DNA of 64,000 nucleotides, taken from NCBI GenBank assembly GCA_964653025.1, contig CAZZBZ010000006.1:6292-70291 (forward strand). Reading direction: 5' to 3'. Made by a program: the position numbers and the translations under genes. How positions within the stretch are numbered: position 1 is the first letter of the stretch; the number at the start of each line of letters is the position of its first letter. The stretch comes from an uncultured Verrucomicrobiota bacterium (GTDB lineage Bacteria; Verrucomicrobiota; Verrucomicrobiia; JABWAM01). This document shows positions 18,602 to 27,962 of this stretch, piece by piece. A model generated the notes under the pieces. The model worked only from the letters and a program-made list of their open reading frames with translations, was not told the DNA's origin and did not search any database.

Positions 18602-19573
18602 ATGAACACCGTTCCTGTCGCACTGATCGGTTGCGGAAAGCTGGGGCGCGTCCACGCCGAATGCCTTGCTCGGATTCCCGAAGCACGGTTGGTCGCCTAC
18701 GCGGACGTGTCGGAGGAGGCCGCCAAGGGTTTACTCAAGGATTTTGGAGGCGAATATGCCACCATGGACGTGTCGCGCGTAGTTGGCGACCCGTCGATTC
18801 GGGCGGTCTACATCTGCACGCGGCATGACTCGCACGCCCCTCTGGCGATCGCCGCGGCGCGAGCAGGCAAACATATCCTGATCGAGAAGCCCCTCGCCCT
18901 GACCATCGAGGACTGCGAAAGCGTCGCATTGGAGGTGGCGAAGGCGGGGGTTGTCCTGATGCCTGCGTTCAAGATGCGGTACTACCCGCTCATCCAGATG
19001 GCTCACGAATTCATTCCCGAGCCACAGGTCCTGGTTGGGCAGATGATGTGCGACCGCTGGCCCGAGACCATCTGGCCACAGGACCCGGTCCAGGGTGGGG
19101 GCAACGTTCATAGCCAAGGATGCCATACGACCGACATCCTGCGATATCTGGCGGGCAGCGAACCGAAGCTCCTCTGGGCTGCAGGAGGGGCCCTTACCCA
19201 CACGAGACATCCGTGCATTGACCAGTGCGTGGCGACCATCTGCTTTGCAAATGGACACGTGGCGAGTTGGATTCAGGGTGATGCCGCCACGGGAATGTTC
19301 ACCAGCAAGTTCTTCTTCGAGTTGTTCGGCAACAATGGTCGTAGCGTCCAGCTTCACGATCGCCTGAAGAAGGCGGTGTTCTTCGATGGCAAGAAGACCT
19401 GGACGGAGGAACGCGGGGAGGAAGAGGGGTTCTTTCTCGAAAACCGGGAATTCATCTCCGCCATCCTCGAAGAACGGAAACCGGCCCTTGACGTCCATGA
19501 CGGGATCCAAGCCACTCGCATCGTGCTTGCCGCCGAACGCGCGATCCGCACGGGAATCGTCCAGAAACTGTGA
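18602..19573 (+). CDS. Gfo/Idh/MocA-family oxidoreductase
   Basis: The ATG at 18602 gives MNTVPVALIGCGKLGRVHAE..., a Rossmann N-terminus typical of the family. The ORF-track start at 18269 would overlap the AraC gene. Confidence 0.8.
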   Translation: MNTVPVALIGCGKLGRVHAECLARIPEARLVAYADVSEEAAKGLLKDFGGEYATMDVSRVVGDPSIRAVYICTRHDSHAPLAIAAARAGKHILIEKPLALTIEDCESVALEVAKAGVVLMPAFKMRYYPLIQMAHEFIPEPQVLVGQMMCDRWPETIWPQDPVQGGGNVHSQGCHTTDILRYLAGSEPKLLWAAGGALTHTRHPCIDQCVATICFANGHVASWIQGDAATGMFTSKFFFELFGNNGRSVQLHDRLKKAVFFDGKKTWTEERGEEEGFFLENREFISAILEERKPALDVHDGIQATRIVLAAERAIRTGIVQKL

Positions 19574-19684
19574 GGTTCCGGGGAAGCTTCCTCGCACACA
19601 TCCAACCTAGGGAAAACTCGCGAGAGCCTGTCCTTGCTGGGGCGGCAGGAATCAACCGGCCAGGGCCACACCATTGGGCTTGGC

Positions 19685-20101
19685 CTAATCGCCGATGATC
19701 TTCACGAGGGCCCGCTTGCGGCGCCGTCCGTCGAACTCGCCGTAGAAGATCTGCTCCCAGGGGCCGAAATCGAGGCGACCCTGGGAGATCGCCACAACGA
19801 CCTCGCGGCCCATGATCGTGCGCTTCAGGTGGGCATCGGCGTTGTCCTCGGCCCCGTTGTGGGCGTACTGGGAGTGCGGCTTCTCGGGCGCCAGCTTCTC
19901 GAGCCACTTTTCGAAATCGGCGCGGAGACCGCGTTCGTTATCATTGACGAACACGCTGGCGGTGATGTGCATCGCGTTGACCAGGACCAGGCCCTCGCGG
20001 ATGGCGCTGTCGCGGAGGCATTGTTCGACCTGCGGGGTGATGTTCACGAGCCCGCAGCGTGACGGGATCTCGAACCAGAGTTCCTTTCGGTAGCTCTTCA
20101 T
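19685..20101 (-). CDS. yjbQ: YjbQ/UPF0047-family protein (secondary thiamine-phosphate synthase-like)
   Basis: The family hallmark [13 protein letters not shown] is present. The length is 138 aa. Confidence 0.85.
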   Translation of the reverse strand: MKSYRKELWFEIPSRCGLVNITPQVEQCLRDSAIREGLVLVNAMHITASVFVNDNERGLRADFEKWLEKLAPEKPHSQYAHNGAEDNADAHLKRTIMGREVVVAISQGRLDFGPWEQIFYGEFDGRRRKRALVKIIGD

Positions 20102-20410
20102 GGTTTTGGGAAACTAAAGGGTTGGGGGGGTGACGGGTCGAGGACCCACGCGGGTTTCGGATTCCTTCCTCTTCCTTCAACCTCGCAAGGGCCTTCTGCA
20201 CTACATGCCACCTCCAACTCAGTCCCCCTCTGAAAACTCCCAGACTCCCTCACCCCTCACGGGGGGAGATATTTTCACCCTCGCTCAAACTGCGGAACTT
20301 GGGCTAGAAGCCGGAGGTGGACAATACCCCAAGGTTCCCTTATCCTTCCGCCTGTTATTGAGTGGTCCGTGGGCGCGCCACAGTGCGACGCGGGCCGCCG
20401 AGGAGGTTAC

Positions 20411-20899
20411 GTGGAACTCAAAGAAATCAAGGCGATCATTGACCTGATGAAGCGCAACGGGCTCACGGAGTTTGAACTCGAGCGCGACAATCAAAAGATC
20501 CGCATCCGCCGGGGGGCGGACGGGTCTTTCCAATCCATTTCTCCCGCGGGCGGAGTCGGGCATTCCGTGGCCGTCCCCGCACCCCAGGTCGCCCTCCCGG
20601 TTTCCGCGGTTCCCGTAGCGTCGGTCCTTGCGTCTGCCGCGCCCGATCTCAAGGAGATCAAGTCGCCGATGGTCGGCACATTCTACCGGTCCCCTTCGCC
20701 CGACGCCCCGCCCTACGTGGAGATTGGCCAGACGGTCACCGAGGACACCGTGGTCTGTCTCATCGAGGCGATGAAGGTGATGAACGAGATCAAGGCCGAG
20801 GCCTCGGGTGTGATCGCCGAGATCTGTGTCGAGAACGTCAAGCCCGTGGAGTTTGGCAAACCCCTTTTCCGTCTTCGAACGCTTTCCGTAGCCAAATAG
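20411..20899 (+). CDS. accB: Acetyl-CoA carboxylase biotin carboxyl carrier protein
   Basis: The biotinylation motif EAMKVMNEI is present. There is an Ala/Pro-rich linker. The GTG start at 20411 is preceded by a perfect AGGAGG Shine-Dalgarno 5 nt upstream. The N-terminus VELKEIKAIIDLM matches AccB N-termini. Confidence 0.85.
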   Translation: MELKEIKAIIDLMKRNGLTEFELERDNQKIRIRRGADGSFQSISPAGGVGHSVAVPAPQVALPVSAVPVASVLASAAPDLKEIKSPMVGTFYRSPSPDAPPYVEIGQTVTEDTVVCLIEAMKVMNEIKAEASGVIAEICVENVKPVEFGKPLFRLRTLSVAK

Positions 20900-20905
20900 T
20901 CGGCC

Positions 20906-22270
20906 ATGTTCCAGAAGGTCCTCATCGCCAACCGCGGCGAAATTGCACTGCGCGTGATCCGCGCGTGCCGCGATCTCGGTATCCCCACGCTGGCGGTTTA
21001 CTCGGACGTGGACGTGGACTGCCTTCACGTCCAGTTTGCCGACGAGGCGATCTGCATCGGCAGCGCGCCGGCCACCGAGAGTTATCTCAAGATCGACCGC
21101 ATTATCTCCGCCGCGGAGGTGGGGGACGTGGACGCCATCCACCCGGGGTACGGTTTTCTTGCCGAGAATGCGCACTTTGCGGACATCTGCGAGAACTGCA
21201 ACATCAAGTTCATCGGTCCCGGCGCCGGGGCGATGCGTGCGATGGGGGACAAGGCACGGGCCCGCGAATCCGCCCGCAAGGCGGGCATCCCCGTGGTTCC
21301 CGGGAGCGACGGGGTGCTCGACAACGAGCAGGAGGCGCTCCGTGCCGCGAAGAAGCTCGGCTATCCCGTGATGATCAAGGCGGTGGCCGGGGGAGGGGGG
21401 CGCGGGATGCGCATCGCGCACAACGACGTCAGCCTGGTCCAGGGCTTTTTCACCGCGAAGGCGGAAGCGGAGAGGGCCTTCAACAACCCCGGGCTTTATC
21501 TCGAGAAATTGATCGAGAACCCCCACCACATCGAGTTTCAGATTCTTGCGGACGAGCATGGACATATCGTGCATTTCGGGGAGCGCGAGTGCAGCATTCA
21601 GCGTCGTCACCAGAAGCTCATCGAGGAATGCCCGTCGCCCTTTCTGACGGCCGACCTCCGCAAGAAGATGGGTAAGGCCGCGGTGCGCCTCGCCCAGGCG
21701 GTTTCCTACACCAGTGCGGGGACCATTGAGTTTCTTGTGGACGGGAAGGGGAATTTTTACTTTCTCGAGATGAACACCCGCATCCAGGTGGAGCATCCCG
21801 TCACCGAGGAGGTCTTTGGGGTGGACCTTGTGAAGTGGCAGATCCGAGCGGCGGCGGGGGAGAAGTTGGGGTTCGACCAGGATGACCTGAAGCCACGGGG
21901 CGCCGCGATCGAGTGCCGGGTAAACGCGGAGGATTCCGAGCGGAACTTCATGCCTTCAGCGGGCAGGATTGAACTCTTCTGCCCCCCGGGCGGATGCGGC
22001 GTGCGCGTGGATTCCCACGCCTACAGCGGTTACCACATGCCGCCGAACTATGACTCGCTCCTGGCAAAGATCATCACCCGCGGGTCGGATCGCGAGGAGG
22101 CGCTCACCCGCATGCGACGTGCGCTCGACGAGTGCCTGTTCAAGGGCGTCAAGACCACGATCCCCGTGTCCAAGATGGTTTTGCGCGATCCGAACTTCCG
22201 CCGAGGCCAGTACGATTTGGGATTCCTGCCCGCCCTCCTGAAAAACGGCCATGGCGACGGGGTGGAGTAG
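20906..22270 (+). CDS. accC: Acetyl-CoA carboxylase biotin carboxylase subunit
   Basis: The N-terminus is [21 protein letters not shown]. There is an ATP-grasp domain. The whole 454 aa is collinear with AccC. Confidence 0.9.
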   Translation: MFQKVLIANRGEIALRVIRACRDLGIPTLAVYSDVDVDCLHVQFADEAICIGSAPATESYLKIDRIISAAEVGDVDAIHPGYGFLAENAHFADICENCNIKFIGPGAGAMRAMGDKARARESARKAGIPVVPGSDGVLDNEQEALRAAKKLGYPVMIKAVAGGGGRGMRIAHNDVSLVQGFFTAKAEAERAFNNPGLYLEKLIENPHHIEFQILADEHGHIVHFGERECSIQRRHQKLIEECPSPFLTADLRKKMGKAAVRLAQAVSYTSAGTIEFLVDGKGNFYFLEMNTRIQVEHPVTEEVFGVDLVKWQIRAAAGEKLGFDQDDLKPRGAAIECRVNAEDSERNFMPSAGRIELFCPPGGCGVRVDSHAYSGYHMPPNYDSLLAKIITRGSDREEALTRMRRALDECLFKGVKTTIPVSKMVLRDPNFRRGQYDLGFLPALLKNGHGDGVE

Positions 22271-22387
22271 TCCCTTTGTCGCTCGCGAGAAAATTCCAAC
22301 GTCGGACTTGCGCGACGGCGGGCTTTCTCCTAATTCAACGCGCATTCGCGCGGCTTATCGCGCGGTTTTAAATCAACAAGAACTTTC

Positions 22388-23416
22388 ATGAGCATCAAAA
22401 GACTCGCCATGCTGACCGGTGGGGGCGACTGCCCCGGCCTGAACCCCGTAATCCGTGCCGTGACTCGCCGCGCCCTGCAGGAGGGGTACGAGGTGCTTGG
22501 TATTCGCAACGGCTGGAAGGGGATGATCGAAAAGAACTTTATTTCGCTCGACCGCCTTGCAATCGCGGGAATCCTTCACCGCGGCGGCACCATCCTGGGG
22601 ACCTCCCGCACCAACCCCCGCAAGATGCCCGGCGCCGTCCAGAAAATCTTTGATAACTTCAAGGATCTGAAACTCGACGTCCTCATCGCCATCGGGGGGG
22701 ACGATACCCTTGGCGTGGCCTACGACCTCCACACGAAGGGTCTCGCCACGATCGGGGTGCCGAAGACCATCGACAATGACCTTCCCGGCACCGACTACAC
22801 TTTCGGTTTTGACACCGCGGTGAATATTGCCATGGAGGCCATCGACCGCCTCCACACCACGGCGGAATCGCACAATCGGGTGCTGGTCGTCGAGTTGATG
22901 GGGCGCAACGCGGGCTGGATCACCCTCCACGCCGGGATCGCCGGCGGGGCAGACTACATCCTCCTTCCCGAGTTTCCGAAGAGCATGAAGGAAGTGGGCG
23001 AGGTTCTCAAAAAGCGCCACGCGGGCGGCCGCTCCTTCAGCATCGTCGCCGTCTCCGAGGGCTTCAAGATCGAGGGCGAGGAAATCACCCAGAACCATGA
23101 GAAGGATGCCTTTGGTCATGTCCGGCTCGGTGGCGTGGGCGAGCGCGTGGCCAAGCAGATTGAGAAGCACACCGGCTTTGAGACCCGCTCCGTCGTCCTC
23201 GGTCACCTCCAGCGTGGCGGTGTGCCCACGGCCTACGACCGCGTGCTCGGCACGCGCTACGGCCTCAAGGCGGTCGAACTCGCGATGAAGGGCCAGTTTG
23301 GGAAGATGGTGGCCCTCCGTGGCACCGAGATCGTGGCGATCGACCTGCAGGCGGTCACCAAGACAAAGGTGGTCAGCAAGGAACTCTACGAGGAAGCCCA
23401 GGTCTTCTTCGGCTGA
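22388..23416 (+). CDS. pfkA: 6-phosphofructokinase (ATP- or PPi-dependent; not resolved)
   Basis: The motifs LTGGGDCPGLN, GGDDT and MGR are present. The length of 342 aa is typical. Confidence 0.85.
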   Translation: MSIKRLAMLTGGGDCPGLNPVIRAVTRRALQEGYEVLGIRNGWKGMIEKNFISLDRLAIAGILHRGGTILGTSRTNPRKMPGAVQKIFDNFKDLKLDVLIAIGGDDTLGVAYDLHTKGLATIGVPKTIDNDLPGTDYTFGFDTAVNIAMEAIDRLHTTAESHNRVLVVELMGRNAGWITLHAGIAGGADYILLPEFPKSMKEVGEVLKKRHAGGRSFSIVAVSEGFKIEGEEITQNHEKDAFGHVRLGGVGERVAKQIEKHTGFETRSVVLGHLQRGGVPTAYDRVLGTRYGLKAVELAMKGQFGKMVALRGTEIVAIDLQAVTKTKVVSKELYEEAQVFFG

Positions 23417-23450
23417 GGTTTCGCGACGAGAATATCGGTCCTGATCGGAT

Positions 23451-23475
23451 GGGGGGCGCAATCCTCGCGCCCCCC
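23451..23475. terminator. GC hairpin between the convergent pfkA and exosortase genes
   Basis: GGGGGGCGC-AATCCTC-GCGCCCCCC gives a perfect 9-bp stem and a 7-nt loop. There is no strong U tract, which is common at this GC content. It lies between two stop codons. Confidence 0.45.
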
Positions 23476-23565
23476 TCCGATCACTCGTGGCCGTGCCAAG
23501 CGCGTGGATGCCGCAGAAAACCCCCGGCAAACCACCCTGCGCCCGATCCGTGCTTCGCCGCGCGG

Positions 23566-25092
23566 TCAGCGCCGCTCGACCAACATGGGGCCGACGAGTT
23601 TCTGGAAGGAAAGGGCCGCCGCCGCCATGTCGCCTCCGCCGTCGGAGGTGGCCTGCAGGATCTGGAGGCCGAGGTGGCGGCGTCCCTCGATGGCGGCGCG
23701 CCAGCGGTTGCGGTGGGTGAACTCCAACTCGGGGAGTCGGCCCGGTGCGGTTTCCCAGCGGCAGAGGAAAAGCGCCAGCGGCCGTCCCTCGCGCGTAAAT
23801 CGGTAGGGCAGGCAGGGGAGACGCAACTGCCCAGACGAAAGAGTCAGTGGGGTCCCCATGTGGTCCAGTCGCCAGCCCGCTGAGGGAAGACAGCCCTCCG
23901 GCACGTGGAGATCGGAGATGCGCGACACGTCTTGTCCCGCGCTCCAGTGAAAGAGATGAACCTGCCAGGTTTGCCCGTCGGGTGTTCGTATTTCCCTGGC
24001 TTGAAGTTCATCGCAGTGCAGGCGCTCACGGATCCGACGGGGGATTTCCATGGGGCGGACGATGCCCGGTGCGCGTGACCAGTCCAGGGTCCACGAGGGG
24101 CTTGGGAGAAGGTCCCGCTCGTGGGCTCGATACCATGCCCCGGTGAGGACCTCGACCGCGATCAGCCATGCGAGGCCGGCGGCGGCGGCGAGGGCGGGGA
24201 TGCGGCGAGGAGACCGCGACGGGTCAGGTGAGGGGGGAGATGGGGCAGGAGTTTCCCAGCGCGCAGAGAGCCAGCCGAGGACTGCGAAGCACGGGATGAG
24301 GACCGTGAAGCCGGCGGGATCATGCCATCCCTCCACGGCCGAGGGGCCATGCCTTGCGGCGATCCAGGCAAGGGAAAATGAACGCAGGAAGTTCATCGCC
24401 AACGCGAGCGGGAGGCCGAGGGCAACCAGGGCCGCACGGTGACGGGGGCCAAGGCGAGACCATTCGCCGAGGAGGAGGGCGACCATCAAGGTTGCGTGGA
24501 GGGAGCGAACCCCGCTGCACGCTTCCTCGATGCCAACGAATCCGGCGACCATCTCGATGACGCTGCCCTGCTGGACACACGCGATGCCAAGCCAGTTCAA
24601 GGCATCCACCGTGATGGCCGTCACGCTTTCCATGAGCCCCTGGGTGAGTGGGGCCTCGATTCGAGCCGGCCAGGGGACCGCAAGGAGGGGGAAGAACGCG
24701 GGGAAGGCAAAGTGGCCCAACCATGGACGGCCCCCGGCGCGATGGACCACGAGGAGGGTTAGTCCGAGCACGATGATCGCGAGGGCGATGTTTGCGAGGC
24801 GCCACTCGCCGTTGGCCTCGAGGAGGATGCGGAGGGGAAGGAGGGTCAGTCCGAGCAGGGTGACCGCGATCCAGAAAACGGCCTTCCCGTGTGCGGTTGG
24901 GACGGGCTCGGGGCGGGTGTTCCAGCGTCTCCATGTGAGGAGGATCGCAAGGGGGGGCACGAACCATCCGAAGCTGTACTGCGGATTGATCGACCACTCT
25001 CCTCGCAGGCGCTCAAAGAGAAGAACCCAGAGTCCGGTGAGGCATGCCCACCGCAGCAAACTTGCAAGGCGCGGAAAAAGAAGAGGGGGCAC
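23566..25092 (-). CDS. xrtA: Exosortase (XrtA-like) fused to a C-terminal EpsI domain
   Basis: It has eight or more TM helices. The exosortase active-site block is IEEACSGVRSLHA. The motif NFLRSF with the conserved Arg is present. The C-terminal roughly 200 aa are a soluble EpsI-like domain (..HVPEGCLPSAGW..). Confidence 0.85.
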   Translation of the reverse strand: MPPLLFPRLASLLRWACLTGLWVLLFERLRGEWSINPQYSFGWFVPPLAILLTWRRWNTRPEPVPTAHGKAVFWIAVTLLGLTLLPLRILLEANGEWRLANIALAIIVLGLTLLVVHRAGGRPWLGHFAFPAFFPLLAVPWPARIEAPLTQGLMESVTAITVDALNWLGIACVQQGSVIEMVAGFVGIEEACSGVRSLHATLMVALLLGEWSRLGPRHRAALVALGLPLALAMNFLRSFSLAWIAARHGPSAVEGWHDPAGFTVLIPCFAVLGWLSARWETPAPSPPSPDPSRSPRRIPALAAAAGLAWLIAVEVLTGAWYRAHERDLLPSPSWTLDWSRAPGIVRPMEIPRRIRERLHCDELQAREIRTPDGQTWQVHLFHWSAGQDVSRISDLHVPEGCLPSAGWRLDHMGTPLTLSSGQLRLPCLPYRFTREGRPLALFLCRWETAPGRLPELEFTHRNRWRAAIEGRRHLGLQILQATSDGGGDMAAAALSFQKLVGPMLVERR

Positions 25093-25113
25093 CGAGAGGG
25101 AAGGGGGAAATCG

Positions 25114-26850
25114 TTATGGGGCGATTGGACGGTCGCTTCGCGGGGCGGGGGATGGGGTGCGGGCTCCTGCACGGTAGGAGGCGAGGAGTCGCTTCTCTTC
25201 GGGCTTGAGCTTCTTTTCGTCGAGCGAGGCGAGGAGTTTCTCCGCATCGGCACGGCGGCCGGCGCCGGCGAGGATGAGGGCGTGGTTGAGTTTTACGCTC
25301 GGGTGGTTAAGGACGGCGGGCGGGAGTTTTTCGTAGATCCTGAGGGCCTCGCCGGGTTTCTCCTGTCGATAGAGAGAAAAGCCGTAGGTGACGGCCGCGG
25401 CGGGGTGGCGGGAGGTGGCGCGGTAGACCATCTCCGCGAGCGTGGCGGCGCGTTCGGGGCTGTCGTTGAAGAGGAGGTCGAGCGCGGCGAGGTCGTTCGC
25501 GACGGCGAGGTCGCTTGGCGCGCGCTCATGGAGTTCGAGGAGGACGCCGCGGAGCTTGTCCTGCCGGTGGGTGCGGAGGTAGATGCCAACAAGTCGTCCG
25601 AGGCCGAGTTCCGGGGAGACCGGGCCGCTGGCGATTTCGCGGCAGAGGCCCTCGGCCTCGGGCTCCCATCCCCAGCGGATGGCAAGGTTGGCGAGGATCA
25701 GTTGCTGCGGGAGGCTCTTTGCGGTAAGCCCTCGCGCCACGCCCCAGTGCTTGTCGAACATCGGGGAACGGGTGGCGCGGGCGAGGTGGGCGAGGAGGGC
25801 GCTGCGCAAGTACTCGAGGGGAGGGATTGTGGAATCACGGAGGAGGCCATCCAATGCCTTCCAGTCCTTGAGCTGCATGAGGGCCTCGGCCTTGATGAAG
25901 TAGAGCATCGAGTCGCGGTCGGTGCGTCCGCCGGCCCGTGCGAGGAGGTCGAGTGCCTCGCGGGCCTTGCCGCGCCCCAGGTGCCAGACCAGGATCTGGG
26001 CGAGGGCGGACGGGTCGGAAACGGCCTGCTGCTCGTAGCGTGCGATTTCCTCGGCGGCCCCGGGCGGATCGATGAGGCGGCGGATCTCGATGGCTTGGAG
26101 GCGTTCTTCCCAGGAGAGCGCGGCGTGGCGGGCGAGCTGGTCCCAGCATTTCAGGCTTTCGGCGGGTTTCTCCTCTCGGCGGTAGTGGAACGCAAGGTTG
26201 CGCAGGGCCGTGCGCCCGAAGTCGGGATCGGCCACCCATTGTTGGACCTCCTTTTTCGCGCGTTCACGCGTGGCGGGGTCTGGGGAGAAGAGGCCGACGC
26301 AGGCGAGGTTGAAGCGGTGGCGCGGCTGGTCCGGCTCCGTGGATTGGAGTTCGCCCATCAAGCGACCAGCCTCGCGAAAGTTTCCCCGGGCAAGGGCGCA
26401 ACCGGCGGCGGCCGTGAGCCATGCGGGGTCTTTGTGAAACCCGGCGGGCAGGGCGCGCAGGAGCGCTTCGGCCTCGTCCACCTTGCCGAAGCGCAGGGAT
26501 GCCTGGGCGACCTCGAGGGCGCGGCGGGGGTTGTTAGGTTCCGCTTGGAGCACGTTGCGCCACCAGAGCATGGCGAAGGGCTCGCCGACCCGCGTGGCGA
26601 GCACGGCCATGGCGCGGTTCTCCTCGATGCCCTGGGGATCATAACGCAGGGCCTGGCGGATCGTGAGCGAGGCCTCGAGCAGGCGGTCCTTCTCCATCAG
26701 GCTCATCGCGTGACGGGTGAGGAGGCCCCCCCGCCAATGCTTGTAGCGCAGTTTGGCGGAGGGATAGGTCGCGACGAGCACGGCAACGACCGCGGCGAAG
26801 GCCACGACGTAAGAAAAAGAGTAGAGGGAGAAAGGGGCTTTTGGCTTCAC
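25114..26850 (-). CDS. prsT: PEP-CTERM system TPR-repeat protein (PrsT-like), membrane-anchored
   Basis: It has an N-terminal TM helix and TPR repeats throughout. It lies immediately upstream of the exosortase, the position PrsT occupies in known loci. It is a paralog of the gene at 1..1309. Confidence 0.65.
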   Translation of the reverse strand: MKPKAPFSLYSFSYVVAFAAVVAVLVATYPSAKLRYKHWRGGLLTRHAMSLMEKDRLLEASLTIRQALRYDPQGIEENRAMAVLATRVGEPFAMLWWRNVLQAEPNNPRRALEVAQASLRFGKVDEAEALLRALPAGFHKDPAWLTAAAGCALARGNFREAGRLMGELQSTEPDQPRHRFNLACVGLFSPDPATRERAKKEVQQWVADPDFGRTALRNLAFHYRREEKPAESLKCWDQLARHAALSWEERLQAIEIRRLIDPPGAAEEIARYEQQAVSDPSALAQILVWHLGRGKAREALDLLARAGGRTDRDSMLYFIKAEALMQLKDWKALDGLLRDSTIPPLEYLRSALLAHLARATRSPMFDKHWGVARGLTAKSLPQQLILANLAIRWGWEPEAEGLCREIASGPVSPELGLGRLVGIYLRTHRQDKLRGVLLELHERAPSDLAVANDLAALDLLFNDSPERAATLAEMVYRATSRHPAAAVTYGFSLYRQEKPGEALRIYEKLPPAVLNHPSVKLNHALILAGAGRRADAEKLLASLDEKKLKPEEKRLLASYRAGARTPSPAPRSDRPIAP

Positions 26851-26902
26851 GTCCAGCGGGCAGGATGGTGCCGGTGCAGGTTATCCAAGGGAAGCGGGCC
26901 GA

Positions 26903-27943
26903 TCAGGCGGGGATGGCAGTCTGGTTGCGGCAGCGGCCCGCGAGCCAGCGGGCGGCGACGGCGGCCCCGAGACCGGTAACTGCAATCAACCACGAGGAGA
27001 GCTCCGGTACGAGCGGGAGGCTGCTGGTGATCACGAGGTTGCGGATCTCGTGGATGTCGGTGGATCCTCCGGTGGCGGCTGCGAAGCCGATTCCCAACAG
27101 TTCGGGGCGTGCCACCTGGTTGCTCGCCGTATTCAAGTTGTAGCTGCTGATGAGCGTCTGGGGCGTCCCTGCGGCGCCGAACTGCATGGTCACCGTGAGG
27201 GTGTTGTTCGAGCTGAAATCAAGGTTCACCTTGCGATAGTCCACACCAGTCTGGACCGGACGCGTTGTGTAGGTGGGAAAGTCCATCTGCCCGATGGAGT
27301 CGAGATTGGCCATGGCCAGATAGTTGTAGCCGGTCGTTGAGTTTCCGGAACCGCGGACCGTGATCGAGTTGGGGATGAAGCCTGGGCCGCCGATGCGCCC
27401 CTCGGTCGGGTTGCTGAAATTGCCGAAGTTGTCGAGCCCGACGCCGAGCCAACCGCCCGCAACGCCCTCCATGCCGGTGCGCTGCGCATAACCGAGTGAG
27501 CCGCCAAAGGACCCTGGGCTGGGGCTGGGCGTGGTCGCATCGAAGAGGAAAAAGCTGATGCCGTCGGCCCCCGATCCGTTCCACATCGCATACTCAAAGG
27601 AGATCGAGAACGAACTTGGCGTGCGGATCGCCGAGTTGAGGAAGGCGTAGGCGGACTGGTTGTTTGCGTTGCTGGTGAGTCGCAGCCAGCCGTTACCCGA
27701 GGGATCAATACCCTGCGCCGCGGTGAGGACGGGAGCAGGGGTGCCGGGATCATCTCCCGCGAGTATCCACCCGGGGGCGGTCGTCTCCCTGAAGGTCTCG
27801 CTGTAGAGGTATTGTGCGCGTGCGCTGACAGTGAAGACAAGAAGCAGCACCCCGGCGGTCACCCGGATGCCCCGAAGTCTGGAAGACGCGAGATTCACGC
27901 CCCCGCAGCCTAGCAGGAGGACGGCAAATGGCAACAGGGGCAT
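26903..27943 (-). CDS. PEP-CTERM-like secreted protein with a lectin-like (legume-lectin/LamG-type) domain
   Basis: There is a signal peptide. The block SFSISFEYAMWNGSGADGISFFLFD resembles a legume-lectin fold. The C-terminus is a variant sorting signal: LPLVPELSSWLIAVTGLGAAVAARWLAGRCRNQ. Confidence 0.6.
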   Translation of the reverse strand: MPLLPFAVLLLGCGGVNLASSRLRGIRVTAGVLLLVFTVSARAQYLYSETFRETTAPGWILAGDDPGTPAPVLTAAQGIDPSGNGWLRLTSNANNQSAYAFLNSAIRTPSSFSISFEYAMWNGSGADGISFFLFDATTPSPSPGSFGGSLGYAQRTGMEGVAGGWLGVGLDNFGNFSNPTEGRIGGPGFIPNSITVRGSGNSTTGYNYLAMANLDSIGQMDFPTYTTRPVQTGVDYRKVNLDFSSNNTLTVTMQFGAAGTPQTLISSYNLNTASNQVARPELLGIGFAAATGGSTDIHEIRNLVITSSLPLVPELSSWLIAVTGLGAAVAARWLAGRCRNQTAIPA

Positions 27944-27962
27944 GCCTCGCCACGGTCCGCCT

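Noticed and set aside
20285-21796. 503-aa minus-strand ORF antisense to accB/accC
   Set aside because: It is antisense to unmistakable AccB/AccC coding sequence, and its composition is biased (R/G/D/L).
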